Below are positions 9,702-18,877 of a stretch of DNA of 64,000 nt, in pieces (the stretch's first letter is position 1; each line of letters opens with the position of its first letter). Under the pieces are notes generated by a model. The model was given only the letters and a program-made list of their open reading frames with translations, ran no database searches and was not told the DNA's origin. The position numbers and the translations under genes are program-made. This DNA is from Defluviitaleaceae bacterium (GTDB lineage: Bacteria; Bacillota; Clostridia; Lachnospirales; WQUN01). Where the stretch lies: contig WQZS01000014.1 in assembly GCA_009780585.1 (NCBI GenBank), positions 227 to 64,226 on the forward strand. The letters run 5' to 3'.

Positions 9702-12700
9702 ACCACGCCTTACTCGCCCCCCTCGCGGAGTCGAAGGAATTTACCCGGGTACGCGCGGCGGTGCGCGGAAGGCAAACGGCGTGGTGTTCGGGCGTGGTAG
9801 GCGCGCAGAAGTGGCATTTGGCGGCGGGGTTGTTGCATGAACCGAACCGTCCGGCGTTGGTGATTGCGCCGTCGGAATTAAAAGCCAAGGAAATCCATCA
9901 GGACTTGTCGTATTTTTTCCCCGATTCCTGTCATTTTTACCCCGGGCGCGACATGATTTTTTACGCCGCCGACGTGAAGAGCGTGGATATTACGCGTCAG
10001 CGGTTGCAAGTGATTGATAAGTTAACGCGGACGGGGGAAGCCTCACCGATTGTCATCCTTTCCGCCGAAGCGCTGCTCGACAGGCTCGTGCCGCCGGAAA
10101 TATTCGCCACGTACAGCCAAGGGTTGAAGGTCGGCGACCGCGTCAAGCCCGAGGATTTGATCCGCAAGCTGGCGTCGATGGGGTATGAGCGCAGCGGCTT
10201 GGCGGAGGGAGCGGGGCAGTTCGCGCTGCGCGGGGGTATATTGGATATTTTCCCCGCGGTGGCGAGTTATGTGCCCCGGGACGGCGAAAAACAAACGCTT
10301 TACTTAAACCCGGCGCAGTCCCTGCGCATTGAATTTTTTGACGATGAAATCGACTCCATCCGCATCGTGGACGCGCTCTCCCAGCGTTCGGTCGAAAAGG
10401 CCGCGTCGTTTTTGGTATACCCCGTGCGGGAATTGGTTTTCGGGCCGAAGCGTCTGCGCCGCGCACGGGAACGGATCAACGCCGCGCGGGATATCCAAAC
10501 CGCCGCGCTTAAATCCAAAGGTAACCACAAGGAAGCGCAAACCCTCGCCGATACCATCGAAGAACAATTGATCCGCTGGTCGGACAGCCACGCTACGGGC
10601 GCGGACGCCTTCTTCCCGTTTTTCTACGAGGAGGAATGTAATTTATTGGATTATTTGCCCTCCGACACGGTGCTGTTCTTCGACGAACCGAACGCGGTTG
10701 CCATCCATATGGAAACCGTGCTGGCGGAATATACCGACAGTATTTCCCACCGTTTGATGGCGGGTCGGCTGCTGCCCGAGCAGGTGCATGTCACGCTCCC
10801 GTGGGCGCAGGTTTTACATAAGACGGCGGGGTTTGCGCGCGTGTTGTTCTCCTCCATGACGGGGACGCTAAGTGAATTTAACCCCGCTCCGCCGGAAATC
10901 CCCTTCCATGTGCGAAGCTCCTCTCCCTTACGGAAAAAACCAAGTGAATTAGCCGATGATCTGCGGGATTTACTTAAAAAATATAAGCGCGTGGTCATCC
11001 TCGCGGGTACGCGACGGCACGGGCAGCAATTGACGGACGCGATACGGGAATTGGACGTCCCCGCATACTTCGCGGGTGCGCTGGAGGGGTCGAAAGGGAT
11101 AGAACGTTCCGAAGGGGCGGCTTCGCTTTCAAGCGACTCGGAACGTTCCATCCCTTCGGGCATCCCCGCGGGCATCGTCACGGTCGCCCGCGGCGCGTTA
11201 TCGGAAGGTTTCGAATACCCGTCGCTTTCCCTCGCCGTAATTACCGACAAGGATTTATTTTCACAGGAAAAAACCCGCCGCCGTACGCGCCGCAAGCTCA
11301 AAAACGCGGAAAAGATCAACCACTTCACCGATTTGCGCATCGGCGACCATATCGTGCACGACAACCACGGCATCGGTGTTTTCCGCGGTATCGAGCAGGT
11401 GGTAAACGAAGGCTTGGCACGGGATTATTTAAAGCTGGAATACGCCGACGGCGGGCATTTGTACGTACAAACCTCGCAAATGGATTTGGTGCATAAATAC
11501 ATCGGCGGCACGCAGGAGGCGCGGCTCAACAAGCTGGGCGGCGCGGATTGGACGAAGGCGAAGGCTCGCGCGCGGCAAGCCGTGGAGATTATGGCGGCGG
11601 ATTTGATCGCGCTGTACGCCAAGCGGCGATCGAGCCAAGGGCATACCTTCGGCCCCGACACCGTGTGGCAAACGGAATTCGAAAGCCAGTTCCCCTATAC
11701 CGAAACCGACGACCAAGCCGCCGCCATCGAGGACGTAAAAGCGGATATGCAATCGCCGAAAGTGATGGACAGGCTCCTGTGCGGCGACGTGGGCTACGGC
11801 AAAACCGAAGTCGCCATCCGCGCCGCGTTTAAAGCCGTACAGGACGGCAAGCAAGTGGCGTACCTCGTACCCACAACGATCCTTGCGCAGCAGCATTACC
11901 AAACTTTCGCGAGCCGCATGAAGGACTACCCCGTTGCGGTCGAGCGGCTCTCCCGCTTCCAAACCCGCGGCGAGCAGCAAGCCACCCTTAAGAATTTGGC
12001 GAAGGGCGCGTCCGACATCGTTATCGGCACACACCGTTTGCTTTCAAAGGATGTACAATTCAAAAACCTCGGCCTAATCATCGTGGACGAGGAGCAACGC
12101 TTCGGCGTGGGCCATAAAGAAAAATTAAAGGAAATGCGCGCTGATGTGGACGTGTTGACGCTGACGGCGACGCCCATCCCGCGTACGCTGCATTTTTCCT
12201 TAACGGGTATCCGCGACATGTCCCTGTTGGACGAACCCCCCGAAGAACGCCAGCCCATCCAAACCTACGTGATGGAATCCAACAACGAATTCGTGCGCGA
12301 CGCGATCAACCGCGAGCTGGCGCGGGGCGGGCAGGTATATTATTTGCACAACCGCGTACGCTCGATCGCCGACGAAGCCATCCGCGTGGCCAACCTCGTA
12401 CCCCAAGCCAAGGTAGCCTTCGCCCACGGCCAAATGAGCGAGCACGAACTGGAAAACATCATGCACGACTTCGTTGCGGGGGACGTGGACGTGCTGGTAT
12501 GTACGACCATCGTGGAAACGGGGCTGGACATCCCCAACGTGAATACGATTATTATACAGAACGCCGATTTCATGGGACTCGCGCAACTTTACCAACTGCG
12601 CGGGCGGGTGGGGCGTTCGAGCCGTTTGGCCTACGCCTACCTCATGTACCGCCGCGATAAAATCCTGCGCGAGGACGCGGAAAAACGCTTGCAAACCATC

Positions 12701-13342
12701 CGCGAGTTTACCGAGTTCGGCGCGGGTTTTAAGATTGCCATGCGCGATTTGGAAATACGCGGCGCGGGCAACCTGCTCGGCGCGCAGCAACACGGCCACA
12801 TGGACGCCATCGGGTATGACATGTATTGCAAGCTCCTTGGCGACGCGGTGGCGGGTTTGAAAGGCGAAGCCCCGGCGGAAGCCTTCGAAACCACGATCGA
12901 CATCAGCGTGGACGCGTACATCCCCGACCGCTTCATCCCCGACGAACAGCAGAAGCTGGAAATCTATAAAAAGATCGCCCTAGTGGCAAACCGGCAGGAT
13001 TATTTCGACGTGCAGGAGGAAATCGAGGACCGCTTCGGCGAGCCGCCCCGCCCCGTGGTTAACCTGTTGGAAGTCGCGCTCATGAAGGCACACGCCCGCA
13101 ACATCGGCGTGATTTCCATTACGCAAAAAGGGCAGAATATCGTCATCGCCTTTAAAGCGGACGCGTCGGTCGATGTGGATAAACTGACCGCCATCGTCAC
13201 CAAGAACCCTTCGCGCTTGCTCTTTACCATGGCGCAAAACCCGTACCTCACCATTCGGGCGCACAAAGACGAAAAACCCCCGGAGGACGGGGGCCACAAA
13301 CGGATAAAAACGATACAGGCTTTATTGGAACGATTAAAATAA
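9698..13342 (+). CDS. mfd: transcription-repair coupling factor Mfd
   Basis: Helicase motifs (GDVGYGKTEV, DEEQRFG, TATPIPRTL) and a CarD-like region (GDHIVHDNHGIG). Start moved to ATG 9698, which overlaps the upstream stop; the track start at 9512 lies inside the previous gene. Confidence 0.95.
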   Translation: MNHALLAPLAESKEFTRVRAAVRGRQTAWCSGVVGAQKWHLAAGLLHEPNRPALVIAPSELKAKEIHQDLSYFFPDSCHFYPGRDMIFYAADVKSVDITRQRLQVIDKLTRTGEASPIVILSAEALLDRLVPPEIFATYSQGLKVGDRVKPEDLIRKLASMGYERSGLAEGAGQFALRGGILDIFPAVASYVPRDGEKQTLYLNPAQSLRIEFFDDEIDSIRIVDALSQRSVEKAASFLVYPVRELVFGPKRLRRARERINAARDIQTAALKSKGNHKEAQTLADTIEEQLIRWSDSHATGADAFFPFFYEEECNLLDYLPSDTVLFFDEPNAVAIHMETVLAEYTDSISHRLMAGRLLPEQVHVTLPWAQVLHKTAGFARVLFSSMTGTLSEFNPAPPEIPFHVRSSSPLRKKPSELADDLRDLLKKYKRVVILAGTRRHGQQLTDAIRELDVPAYFAGALEGSKGIERSEGAASLSSDSERSIPSGIPAGIVTVARGALSEGFEYPSLSLAVITDKDLFSQEKTRRRTRRKLKNAEKINHFTDLRIGDHIVHDNHGIGVFRGIEQVVNEGLARDYLKLEYADGGHLYVQTSQMDLVHKYIGGTQEARLNKLGGADWTKAKARARQAVEIMAADLIALYAKRRSSQGHTFGPDTVWQTEFESQFPYTETDDQAAAIEDVKADMQSPKVMDRLLCGDVGYGKTEVAIRAAFKAVQDGKQVAYLVPTTILAQQHYQTFASRMKDYPVAVERLSRFQTRGEQQATLKNLAKGASDIVIGTHRLLSKDVQFKNLGLIIVDEEQRFGVGHKEKLKEMRADVDVLTLTATPIPRTLHFSLTGIRDMSLLDEPPEERQPIQTYVMESNNEFVRDAINRELARGGQVYYLHNRVRSIADEAIRVANLVPQAKVAFAHGQMSEHELENIMHDFVAGDVDVLVCTTIVETGLDIPNVNTIIIQNADFMGLAQLYQLRGRVGRSSRLAYAYLMYRRDKILREDAEKRLQTIREFTEFGAGFKIAMRDLEIRGAGNLLGAQQHGHMDAIGYDMYCKLLGDAVAGLKGEAPAEAFETTIDISVDAYIPDRFIPDEQQKLEIYKKIALVANRQDYFDVQEEIEDRFGEPPRPVVNLLEVALMKAHARNIGVISITQKGQNIVIAFKADASVDVDKLTAIVTKNPSRLLFTMAQNPYLTIRAHKDEKPPEDGGHKRIKTIQALLERLK
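11091..11158. repeat. short hairpin element, diverged copy (SH-4), in frame inside mfd
   Basis: Arms CGAAAGGGATAGAACGTTCCGA and TCGGAACGTTCCATCCCTTCG (near-perfect inverted repeat) flank a 25-nt loop. The loop contains CGGCTTCGCTTTCAAGCGAC, 16/20 identical to the SH-1/2/3 core. Translated as GIERSEGAASLSSDSERSIPSG. Confidence 0.6.
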
Positions 13343-13354
13343 CGGGGTGTTTGT

Positions 13355-14113
13355 ATGTACAATGTCTTCTTTGCGTTATCCCTTACGCTGATCGCGGGTT
13401 TGGCGACGGGCGCGGGCGGTTTAATTGTTTTATTTTCAAATATAAATAATAAAAAATTCCTTTCTATTTGTTTAAGTTTTTCCGCAGGGGTTATGCTGTA
13501 CGTCGCCTTTGCGGAAATCCTGACCGAATCCATCGGTGTATTGGAAGACCTTCACAGCGAAAGGGGCTACTTCATCGCCACGCTGGCCTTTTTCGCGGGC
13601 ATCGGCATCATGGCCGTTATCGACCGGTTTATGCCCCACAGCGAGGACGAACTCAAGCGTACGGGCATCATGTCGGCGGTAGCGATCGCGATCCATAATT
13701 TCCCCGAGGGCATTATCACGTTTATGGCGGCGGTTTACGACCCGGTGATGGGCATCGCCATCGCCATCGCCATCATCATCCACAACATACCCGAAGCCCT
13801 CGCCATGGCGTCGCCCATCTATTATTCCACGCGCAGCAAGAAAAAAGCGTTCCTGATTTCCCTCGGGGCGGGGCTTGTGCAACCGCTGGGGGCGCTGGTC
13901 GCGTGGTTTTTTATGCAAAATATCTTTACCGATATGGGGATCGTGTTCGGCGTCGCGTTCGCCGCGGTGGCGGGGATCATGGTATTCGTAGCCGTGCACC
14001 AATTACTGCCCGCCGCGCATAAATTCGGCAAGCACCACTCGGTGATGAAGTGGCTGTTCGCGGGGATGGCGGTCATGGCCGCCAGCTTGGTTATTTTGGA
14101 ATACGTATTATGA
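13355..14113 (+). CDS. zupT: ZIP-family zinc transporter ZupT
   Basis: Multi-TM protein with HNFPEGI and HNIPEA motifs. Confidence 0.85.
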   Translation: MYNVFFALSLTLIAGLATGAGGLIVLFSNINNKKFLSICLSFSAGVMLYVAFAEILTESIGVLEDLHSERGYFIATLAFFAGIGIMAVIDRFMPHSEDELKRTGIMSAVAIAIHNFPEGIITFMAAVYDPVMGIAIAIAIIIHNIPEALAMASPIYYSTRSKKKAFLISLGAGLVQPLGALVAWFFMQNIFTDMGIVFGVAFAAVAGIMVFVAVHQLLPAAHKFGKHHSVMKWLFAGMAVMAASLVILEYVL

Positions 14114-15012
14114 AGCTCGACCGCCTGCTGGGCATCCTCACGACGCTTTTGCAAAACGGCCGCGTGACCGCGCCATCCCTCGCGGAGAAGTTCGAAGTAA
14201 ACCGCCGCACCATCGGACGCGACATCGACGCGCTTTGCCGCGCGGGCATCCCCGTCGTTACGCACCAAGGCAACGGCGGCGGGATTTCGATCGCCGAAGG
14301 CTTTAAGCTCGATAAAAATATCCTTACGAAAAACGAACTGTCCGAAATCATCGCCGCTTTGCGCGGGCTCGGCAGCGTATCCGAGCAATCAAGGATCGAA
14401 CGCACGCTGGACAAGCTGGGCGCGAACGCCGAAGCCGTCGTATCCCTTTCGGAGCCCGTGGTTATCGACCTCGCTTCGCATTACAAGGGAAGCCTGACCC
14501 AACGCATCGAGCAAATAAAAACCGCCGTGCGCGAAGCGCGGTATATCGAATTCGATTATTATTACGAAAAAGGCGAATCGCATCGGCGGATCGAGCCGTG
14601 CTTCGTAATCTTTCAATGGAGCTCGTGGTATGTATTCGGTTATTGCTTGGATCGCGAGGATTGGCGTTTGTTCAAATTGACACGCTTAAATAATTTGACG
14701 CTGTGCGATACATATTTCACCCCCCGCGCCATCCCGCCGGAGAAGCGCGACTTTAACGCGCACTACGCGGATAATATACTGCTCACCGCTTTGTTTGAAA
14801 AAAGCGAACGTTACCGCCTCATCGAGTCATACGGTTTTGATGCCTTTACCGAAACACCGGACGGCTTGCTGTTGGAGGTCGGCTTCACCAACCGCGCCTT
14901 TATGCTTTCGTGGCTGCTCGGTTTCGGCGCGAACGTTAAGGTGTTGGGGCCGCCGGAAATCGTTAATGAAATGAAATCCATCGCTAAAAATATTTTGTCG
15001 AACTACGAATAA
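14110..15012 (+). CDS. HTH + WYL domain transcriptional regulator (YafY-like)
   Basis: N-terminal wHTH (MKLDRLLGILTTLLQNGRVTAPSLAEKFEVNRRTIGRDI) and a WYL-type core (IEFDYYYEKGESHRRIEPCFVIFQWSSWYVFGYC). Start at ATG 14110 overlaps the zupT stop (ATGA). Confidence 0.8.
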   Translation: MKLDRLLGILTTLLQNGRVTAPSLAEKFEVNRRTIGRDIDALCRAGIPVVTHQGNGGGISIAEGFKLDKNILTKNELSEIIAALRGLGSVSEQSRIERTLDKLGANAEAVVSLSEPVVIDLASHYKGSLTQRIEQIKTAVREARYIEFDYYYEKGESHRRIEPCFVIFQWSSWYVFGYCLDREDWRLFKLTRLNNLTLCDTYFTPRAIPPEKRDFNAHYADNILLTALFEKSERYRLIESYGFDAFTETPDGLLLEVGFTNRAFMLSWLLGFGANVKVLGPPEIVNEMKSIAKNILSNYE

Positions 15013-15073
15013 ACACGGCACACAGATGTCGTGTTTATTATTATATGATTGATAAAAAACGGGAGGAATAAAA

Positions 15074-15487
15074 ATGGAAATCGTAAAAAAAGCAATCGAT
15101 CTGATGGGGCGTTGCCCCGATGTCACGCTCGCGTCGGTTAATGAAAACGGTTATCCGCGTATCTGCGTTATGTCCAAATGCAAAGCCGAAGGCGTCAAGA
15201 AAATCTATATGTCCACCGGAACCGAAAGCAAAAAAACCGCGCACTTCAAAGCCAACCCCAAGGCAAGCGTATGCGCGCGGCATGGCGGCGACTGCATGAC
15301 ATTGATCGGCACCATGGAGGTTACGCGCGACCCCGCCCTGCGAAAGGACTTATGGAAGGACGATTTTTTCGAGCATTTTCCCGGCGGCATCGATGACCCT
15401 ACTTATACCATATTGGTCTTCACTACCGAGGAGGCGACCCTTTGGATCGATCATGAATTCGTGACGGTGGGGAGCGACGTATTATGA
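15074..15487 (+). CDS. pyridoxamine 5'-phosphate oxidase-family (general stress protein 26-like) protein
   Basis: 137-aa split-barrel-like sequence (VTLASVNENGYPRICVM...KANPKASV). Confidence 0.6.
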   Translation: MEIVKKAIDLMGRCPDVTLASVNENGYPRICVMSKCKAEGVKKIYMSTGTESKKTAHFKANPKASVCARHGGDCMTLIGTMEVTRDPALRKDLWKDDFFEHFPGGIDDPTYTILVFTTEEATLWIDHEFVTVGSDVL

Positions 15488-16371
15488 TCGACTCACGATG
15501 CGGATTACCCTGCACCGGCTGCCCGTGGAAGGAATCCCACGGCTGCGGCGGATGTATCGAAACCAACGGCAACCCTTTCTACGGCGAATGTCCGATTGCC
15601 CAATGTTGCCAAGGCAAAGGGCTGACGCATTGCGGTGAATGTAACGTCATGCCTTGTGAAGAGCTGTACGAATATTCCTACCTCGACCCGGAACACGGCG
15701 ACAAGCCGCAAGGTAAGCGTGTGGAAAATACCCGCCGCTGGGCAGCGGAAAGCGGAAAACATAAATGGCGTAAGGTTCTGCTTACCGACAGCGGCTGGTA
15801 CAGCGACTACACCGAATTCAGCAAACGGACCGTAAAACAAGGTATCCTCGACCGCTTCTTATCCATGTTGGAAAAGCCCGCCGCGCAAACGCGTGTCCTT
15901 TTTATCCCCACGGCGGCGCACCGCTTCGAATACTACCCCGCCGCCGGTGCGTGCTTCGCCGAATTATTAAGCGCGGGGATTATGCCCAACAATATTAAAA
16001 TCCACGACATCGACGGCACGCTGACCTTGGAGGAAGCGATGGCCTTTGACGTTATCTACGTGACGGGTGGCAATACAAGGCACTTGCTTAACCGTATTAA
16101 AGAATTCAAATTCGACGAAATCATCAAACAAATGGTATACGCGAACAAGGTATACGTCGGCGCGAGTGCGGGCAGCCTGATCGCCACCCCCAACATCGGT
16201 GACCCGTACGATAAGGAAATATCGGGTTTGTGTTTAATCAACGCGTACATTACCGTCCATTGCGAAGAAGGTACGGAGGCAAAAACCGACCTGCCGTTGC
16301 CCCACATCCCGCTGACCGATAACCAAGCCGTGGAGGTACGCTGGGACGGGTATGAAATAATTGAGGGTTAA
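15484..16371 (+). CDS. fusion protein: Cys-rich DUF3795-like N-terminus + peptidase S51 (dipeptidase E-like) domain
   Basis: N-terminal CGLPCTGC..CGGC..CPIAQCC..CGECNVMPC pattern. C-terminal FIPTAA...VTGGNT..L...YVGASAGS motifs of the S51 / class I glutamine amidotransferase-like fold. Confidence 0.55.
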   Translation: MIDSRCGLPCTGCPWKESHGCGGCIETNGNPFYGECPIAQCCQGKGLTHCGECNVMPCEELYEYSYLDPEHGDKPQGKRVENTRRWAAESGKHKWRKVLLTDSGWYSDYTEFSKRTVKQGILDRFLSMLEKPAAQTRVLFIPTAAHRFEYYPAAGACFAELLSAGIMPNNIKIHDIDGTLTLEEAMAFDVIYVTGGNTRHLLNRIKEFKFDEIIKQMVYANKVYVGASAGSLIATPNIGDPYDKEISGLCLINAYITVHCEEGTEAKTDLPLPHIPLTDNQAVEVRWDGYEIIEG

Positions 16372-16437
16372 GCATTATGCGTTAGGAATTTATGGGTTAA
16401 GAATTAAGAATGAATAATTCGAAAGTAAAAGATAGGA

Positions 16438-17127
16438 ATGATAACAATGGATATAATCCGTAATTACAACGATTTCGTGGAGGCCCTGCTGCGTGCGGGG
16501 TTTTCCATGAGCTACGGCAACGCGGAGGGGGTTTTCTGCCTCATGCCGTGGAATTGGAACGATACGCCGCCCTATGATACGCCCGTGCGCTACCATACGG
16601 GCGACCCCGACACCGACCCCTGGGCGTGGCGCATCCGCGTACTGACGGAACGCGACGATATCGCCTACGGCAAGCTGTTCTTTAAAAAGAGCGGGTACAT
16701 CACGCGGGAATGGTATCCCTATTTCCTTGCGGCGCGGCGCGGGGGTATGGAATTCGCCGAGGCGTACGAAAGGGGAACGATTTCATACGCGGCGAAGCGG
16801 ATATACGACGCGGTTTCGGCGCACGGCACCCTTCCCTTGCCCGCCATTAAAAAAATCGGCGGCTTCGCCCCGTCGGACAAATCCGCTTTCGATTCCGCTC
16901 TTACAGAATTACAAATGAAAATGTACCTGACCATCTGTGGGGAACACGAGGAAGTAAACTGGCCTTCGAACGTGCTATGTACAACGGAGCGTTTTTTTGG
17001 TATAGATGTATTCGAAAAAGCCGCGTCGATCCCTCCCGAACAAGCCGTTGAAAAAATCCGGGACCGGATATTGGCGCTTAACCTTTCCGCCGCAAAAAAA
17101 AGAATCAATAAGTTTATCCGAGGATGA
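16438..17127 (+). CDS. AlkZ-related (winged-helix, YcaQ/AlkZ-like) protein
   Basis: HTGDPDTDPWAWRIRVLTERDDIAYGKLFFKKSGYITREWYPYF matches my memory of the short AlkZ-related family. Not verified. Confidence 0.4.
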   Translation: MITMDIIRNYNDFVEALLRAGFSMSYGNAEGVFCLMPWNWNDTPPYDTPVRYHTGDPDTDPWAWRIRVLTERDDIAYGKLFFKKSGYITREWYPYFLAARRGGMEFAEAYERGTISYAAKRIYDAVSAHGTLPLPAIKKIGGFAPSDKSAFDSALTELQMKMYLTICGEHEEVNWPSNVLCTTERFFGIDVFEKAASIPPEQAVEKIRDRILALNLSAAKKRINKFIRG

Positions 17128-17133
17128 GCATAT

Positions 17134-18099
17134 GTGAAGCAATGGTACGCAAGCGTCAATTATGGACTGGAGGATGCTTGCGCAAAAATCATCGGGCACC
17201 ACGGCGCGAAGGATATCAAAACCCTCGACAGCGCGTTGGTATTTTCATGCGAAAATGAAATAAATAATAAATGCGTTAATAATTTATTTTTAATCATGAC
17301 AAATTATTTTTGCGAGGACATTACCGCCGCCGCGAAGCAATTATTCAGGAAACGCTTCAACTTCCCCAAGTTAAACGGGCGCAGCTTCCGCGTCGTGGTG
17401 ATGGACTGCGGCAAATTATGCGCCATCCCTGCCAAGATTATGGACGAACTGGAAAAAATTATTTCTTACAAAGTTAACCTTTCCCCCAATCGCGCCAACC
17501 CCGACATTGAATTGTGGCTTAACCGCAGGAATGATTCCGCGGTTTTTTTCATGCTTCGGATGAAAAAACACGCCTCGTTTGATAAAACACTAAAAAAAGG
17601 CGAACTGCGTCCCGATATCGTAAACGTAATGTTACATGAAGCGACGCTTAATAAGGACTCCGTCGTGGTCGATTTATTCGGCGGTTGGGGAGCGATCGCC
17701 GCGGCGGTGGCCGAAAGCGGTAATTACAAGAAAATATATTCCGGCGACAATAACGACGCGTGCATAGCGCACCAAAAAAATAAATTAAAAAAGAATAAAA
17801 ATTGTTTTATTAATCATTGGGACGGGCGCAAGACCCCATTGGGGGACAAGTCCGCCGACGCAATCATCACCGATCCCCCTTGGGGGGAGTTTGAAAATAT
17901 TAATATAAATATATTTTATAATGAATTTATCAATGAAACCGCGCGTATTTTAAAACCGGACGGAAAACTCGTATTCCTAACCTCCGCGTTGGATGAAGCA
18001 CAACAGGCGCTTGACGCGAACGGGTTTACCCATTCGTATATCCCAACAAAAATAAACGGCAAAAATACATATTTATTTACCGCGAAAAATAATTTATAA
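17134..18099 (+). CDS. SAM-dependent methyltransferase with DPPW motif (THUMP/UPF0020-type RNA or N6/N2 methylase)
   Basis: Motif I DLFGGWGAIAAAVAESG and motif IV ITDPPWGEF. GTG start; partly AT-rich. Confidence 0.6.
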   Translation: MKQWYASVNYGLEDACAKIIGHHGAKDIKTLDSALVFSCENEINNKCVNNLFLIMTNYFCEDITAAAKQLFRKRFNFPKLNGRSFRVVVMDCGKLCAIPAKIMDELEKIISYKVNLSPNRANPDIELWLNRRNDSAVFFMLRMKKHASFDKTLKKGELRPDIVNVMLHEATLNKDSVVVDLFGGWGAIAAAVAESGNYKKIYSGDNNDACIAHQKNKLKKNKNCFINHWDGRKTPLGDKSADAIITDPPWGEFENININIFYNEFINETARILKPDGKLVFLTSALDEAQQALDANGFTHSYIPTKINGKNTYLFTAKNNL

Positions 18100-18107
18100 T
18101 TATTTTT

Positions 18108-18827
18108 ATGCATATCACTATTATCGCAAACGGGACAATTGAAAATTACGCGGCTACGCGCAAAAGAATAATCGGCTCCGATTATTTCATCGCTTGCGAC
18201 GGCGGGCTGCGGCATTTCCCGTTGTTGGGTTTTACGCCCGATTGCATTATCGGTGATTTTGATTCCGCCCCGCCGGAGTTGCTTGCCGATTACCGCACAC
18301 GGGGTGTTCCTGTTGTTTCCTTCCCTTCGGAAAAAGATGAAACGGATTTGGAACTCGCCGTAGCGCACGCGATTGCGCTTAGCCCCGGGGGCGAGGGGTT
18401 CGGCGGTTGCACTCCCTTGAAGGCGAAGTCGGTCGTCGCAACCGCCGAACCCCTCGCCCCCTGCTCGATCGTTATCGTAGGTGCGCTGGGCGGCCGCATT
18501 GACCATGCGCTGGCTAATTTGCATGTGTTGGCGCAATGCGGAAACATCCCCGCCGAAATATGGGATGAATCGACAAGTATTCGGCTAATAAAAAATCATA
18601 TTAAATTATTTAAAAATAATTATAATACTTTATCCCTCATCCCCCTCACTTCCGATGTCACGGGCATCACTACAAAGGGTTTGTATTATCCCTTGCAAAA
18701 CGGAACCCTCCGAGCGGGGGAAACCCGCGGGGTCAGTAATCAATTTACCAACGAAACTGCTGAAATATCCGTTAAAAACGGTTTATTGCTTGCTGTTTTG
18801 TGCAAAACAAATCCACAAGGGTCGTAA
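18108..18827 (+). CDS. thiN: thiamine diphosphokinase, carrying a 25-codon in-frame hairpin insertion
   Basis: Motifs IACDGG, IGDFDS, KDETDLELA and GALGGRIDHALANL. The segment PGGEGFGGCTPLKAKSVVATAEPLAP is encoded by repeat SH-1. Confidence 0.75.
   Translation: MHITIIANGTIENYAATRKRIIGSDYFIACDGGLRHFPLLGFTPDCIIGDFDSAPPELLADYRTRGVPVVSFPSEKDETDLELAVAHAIALSPGGEGFGGCTPLKAKSVVATAEPLAPCSIVIVGALGGRIDHALANLHVLAQCGNIPAEIWDESTSIRLIKNHIKLFKNNYNTLSLIPLTSDVTGITTKGLYYPLQNGTLRAGETRGVSNQFTNETAEISVKNGLLLAVLCKTNPQGS
18387..18461. repeat. short hairpin element SH-1 (24-bp perfect stem + conserved core), in frame inside thiN
   Basis: GGGGGCGAGGGGTTCGGCGGTTGC pairs perfectly with GCAACCGCCGAACCCCTCGCCCCC. The loop core ACTCCCTTGAAGGCGAAGTCGGTCGT is the exact reverse complement of the SH-2 core. 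75 nt long. Confidence 0.9.
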
Positions 18828-18877
18828 TATTTAATATTAAAATATTAAATAACCCAAAAAAAGGAGTATACAAGTTC

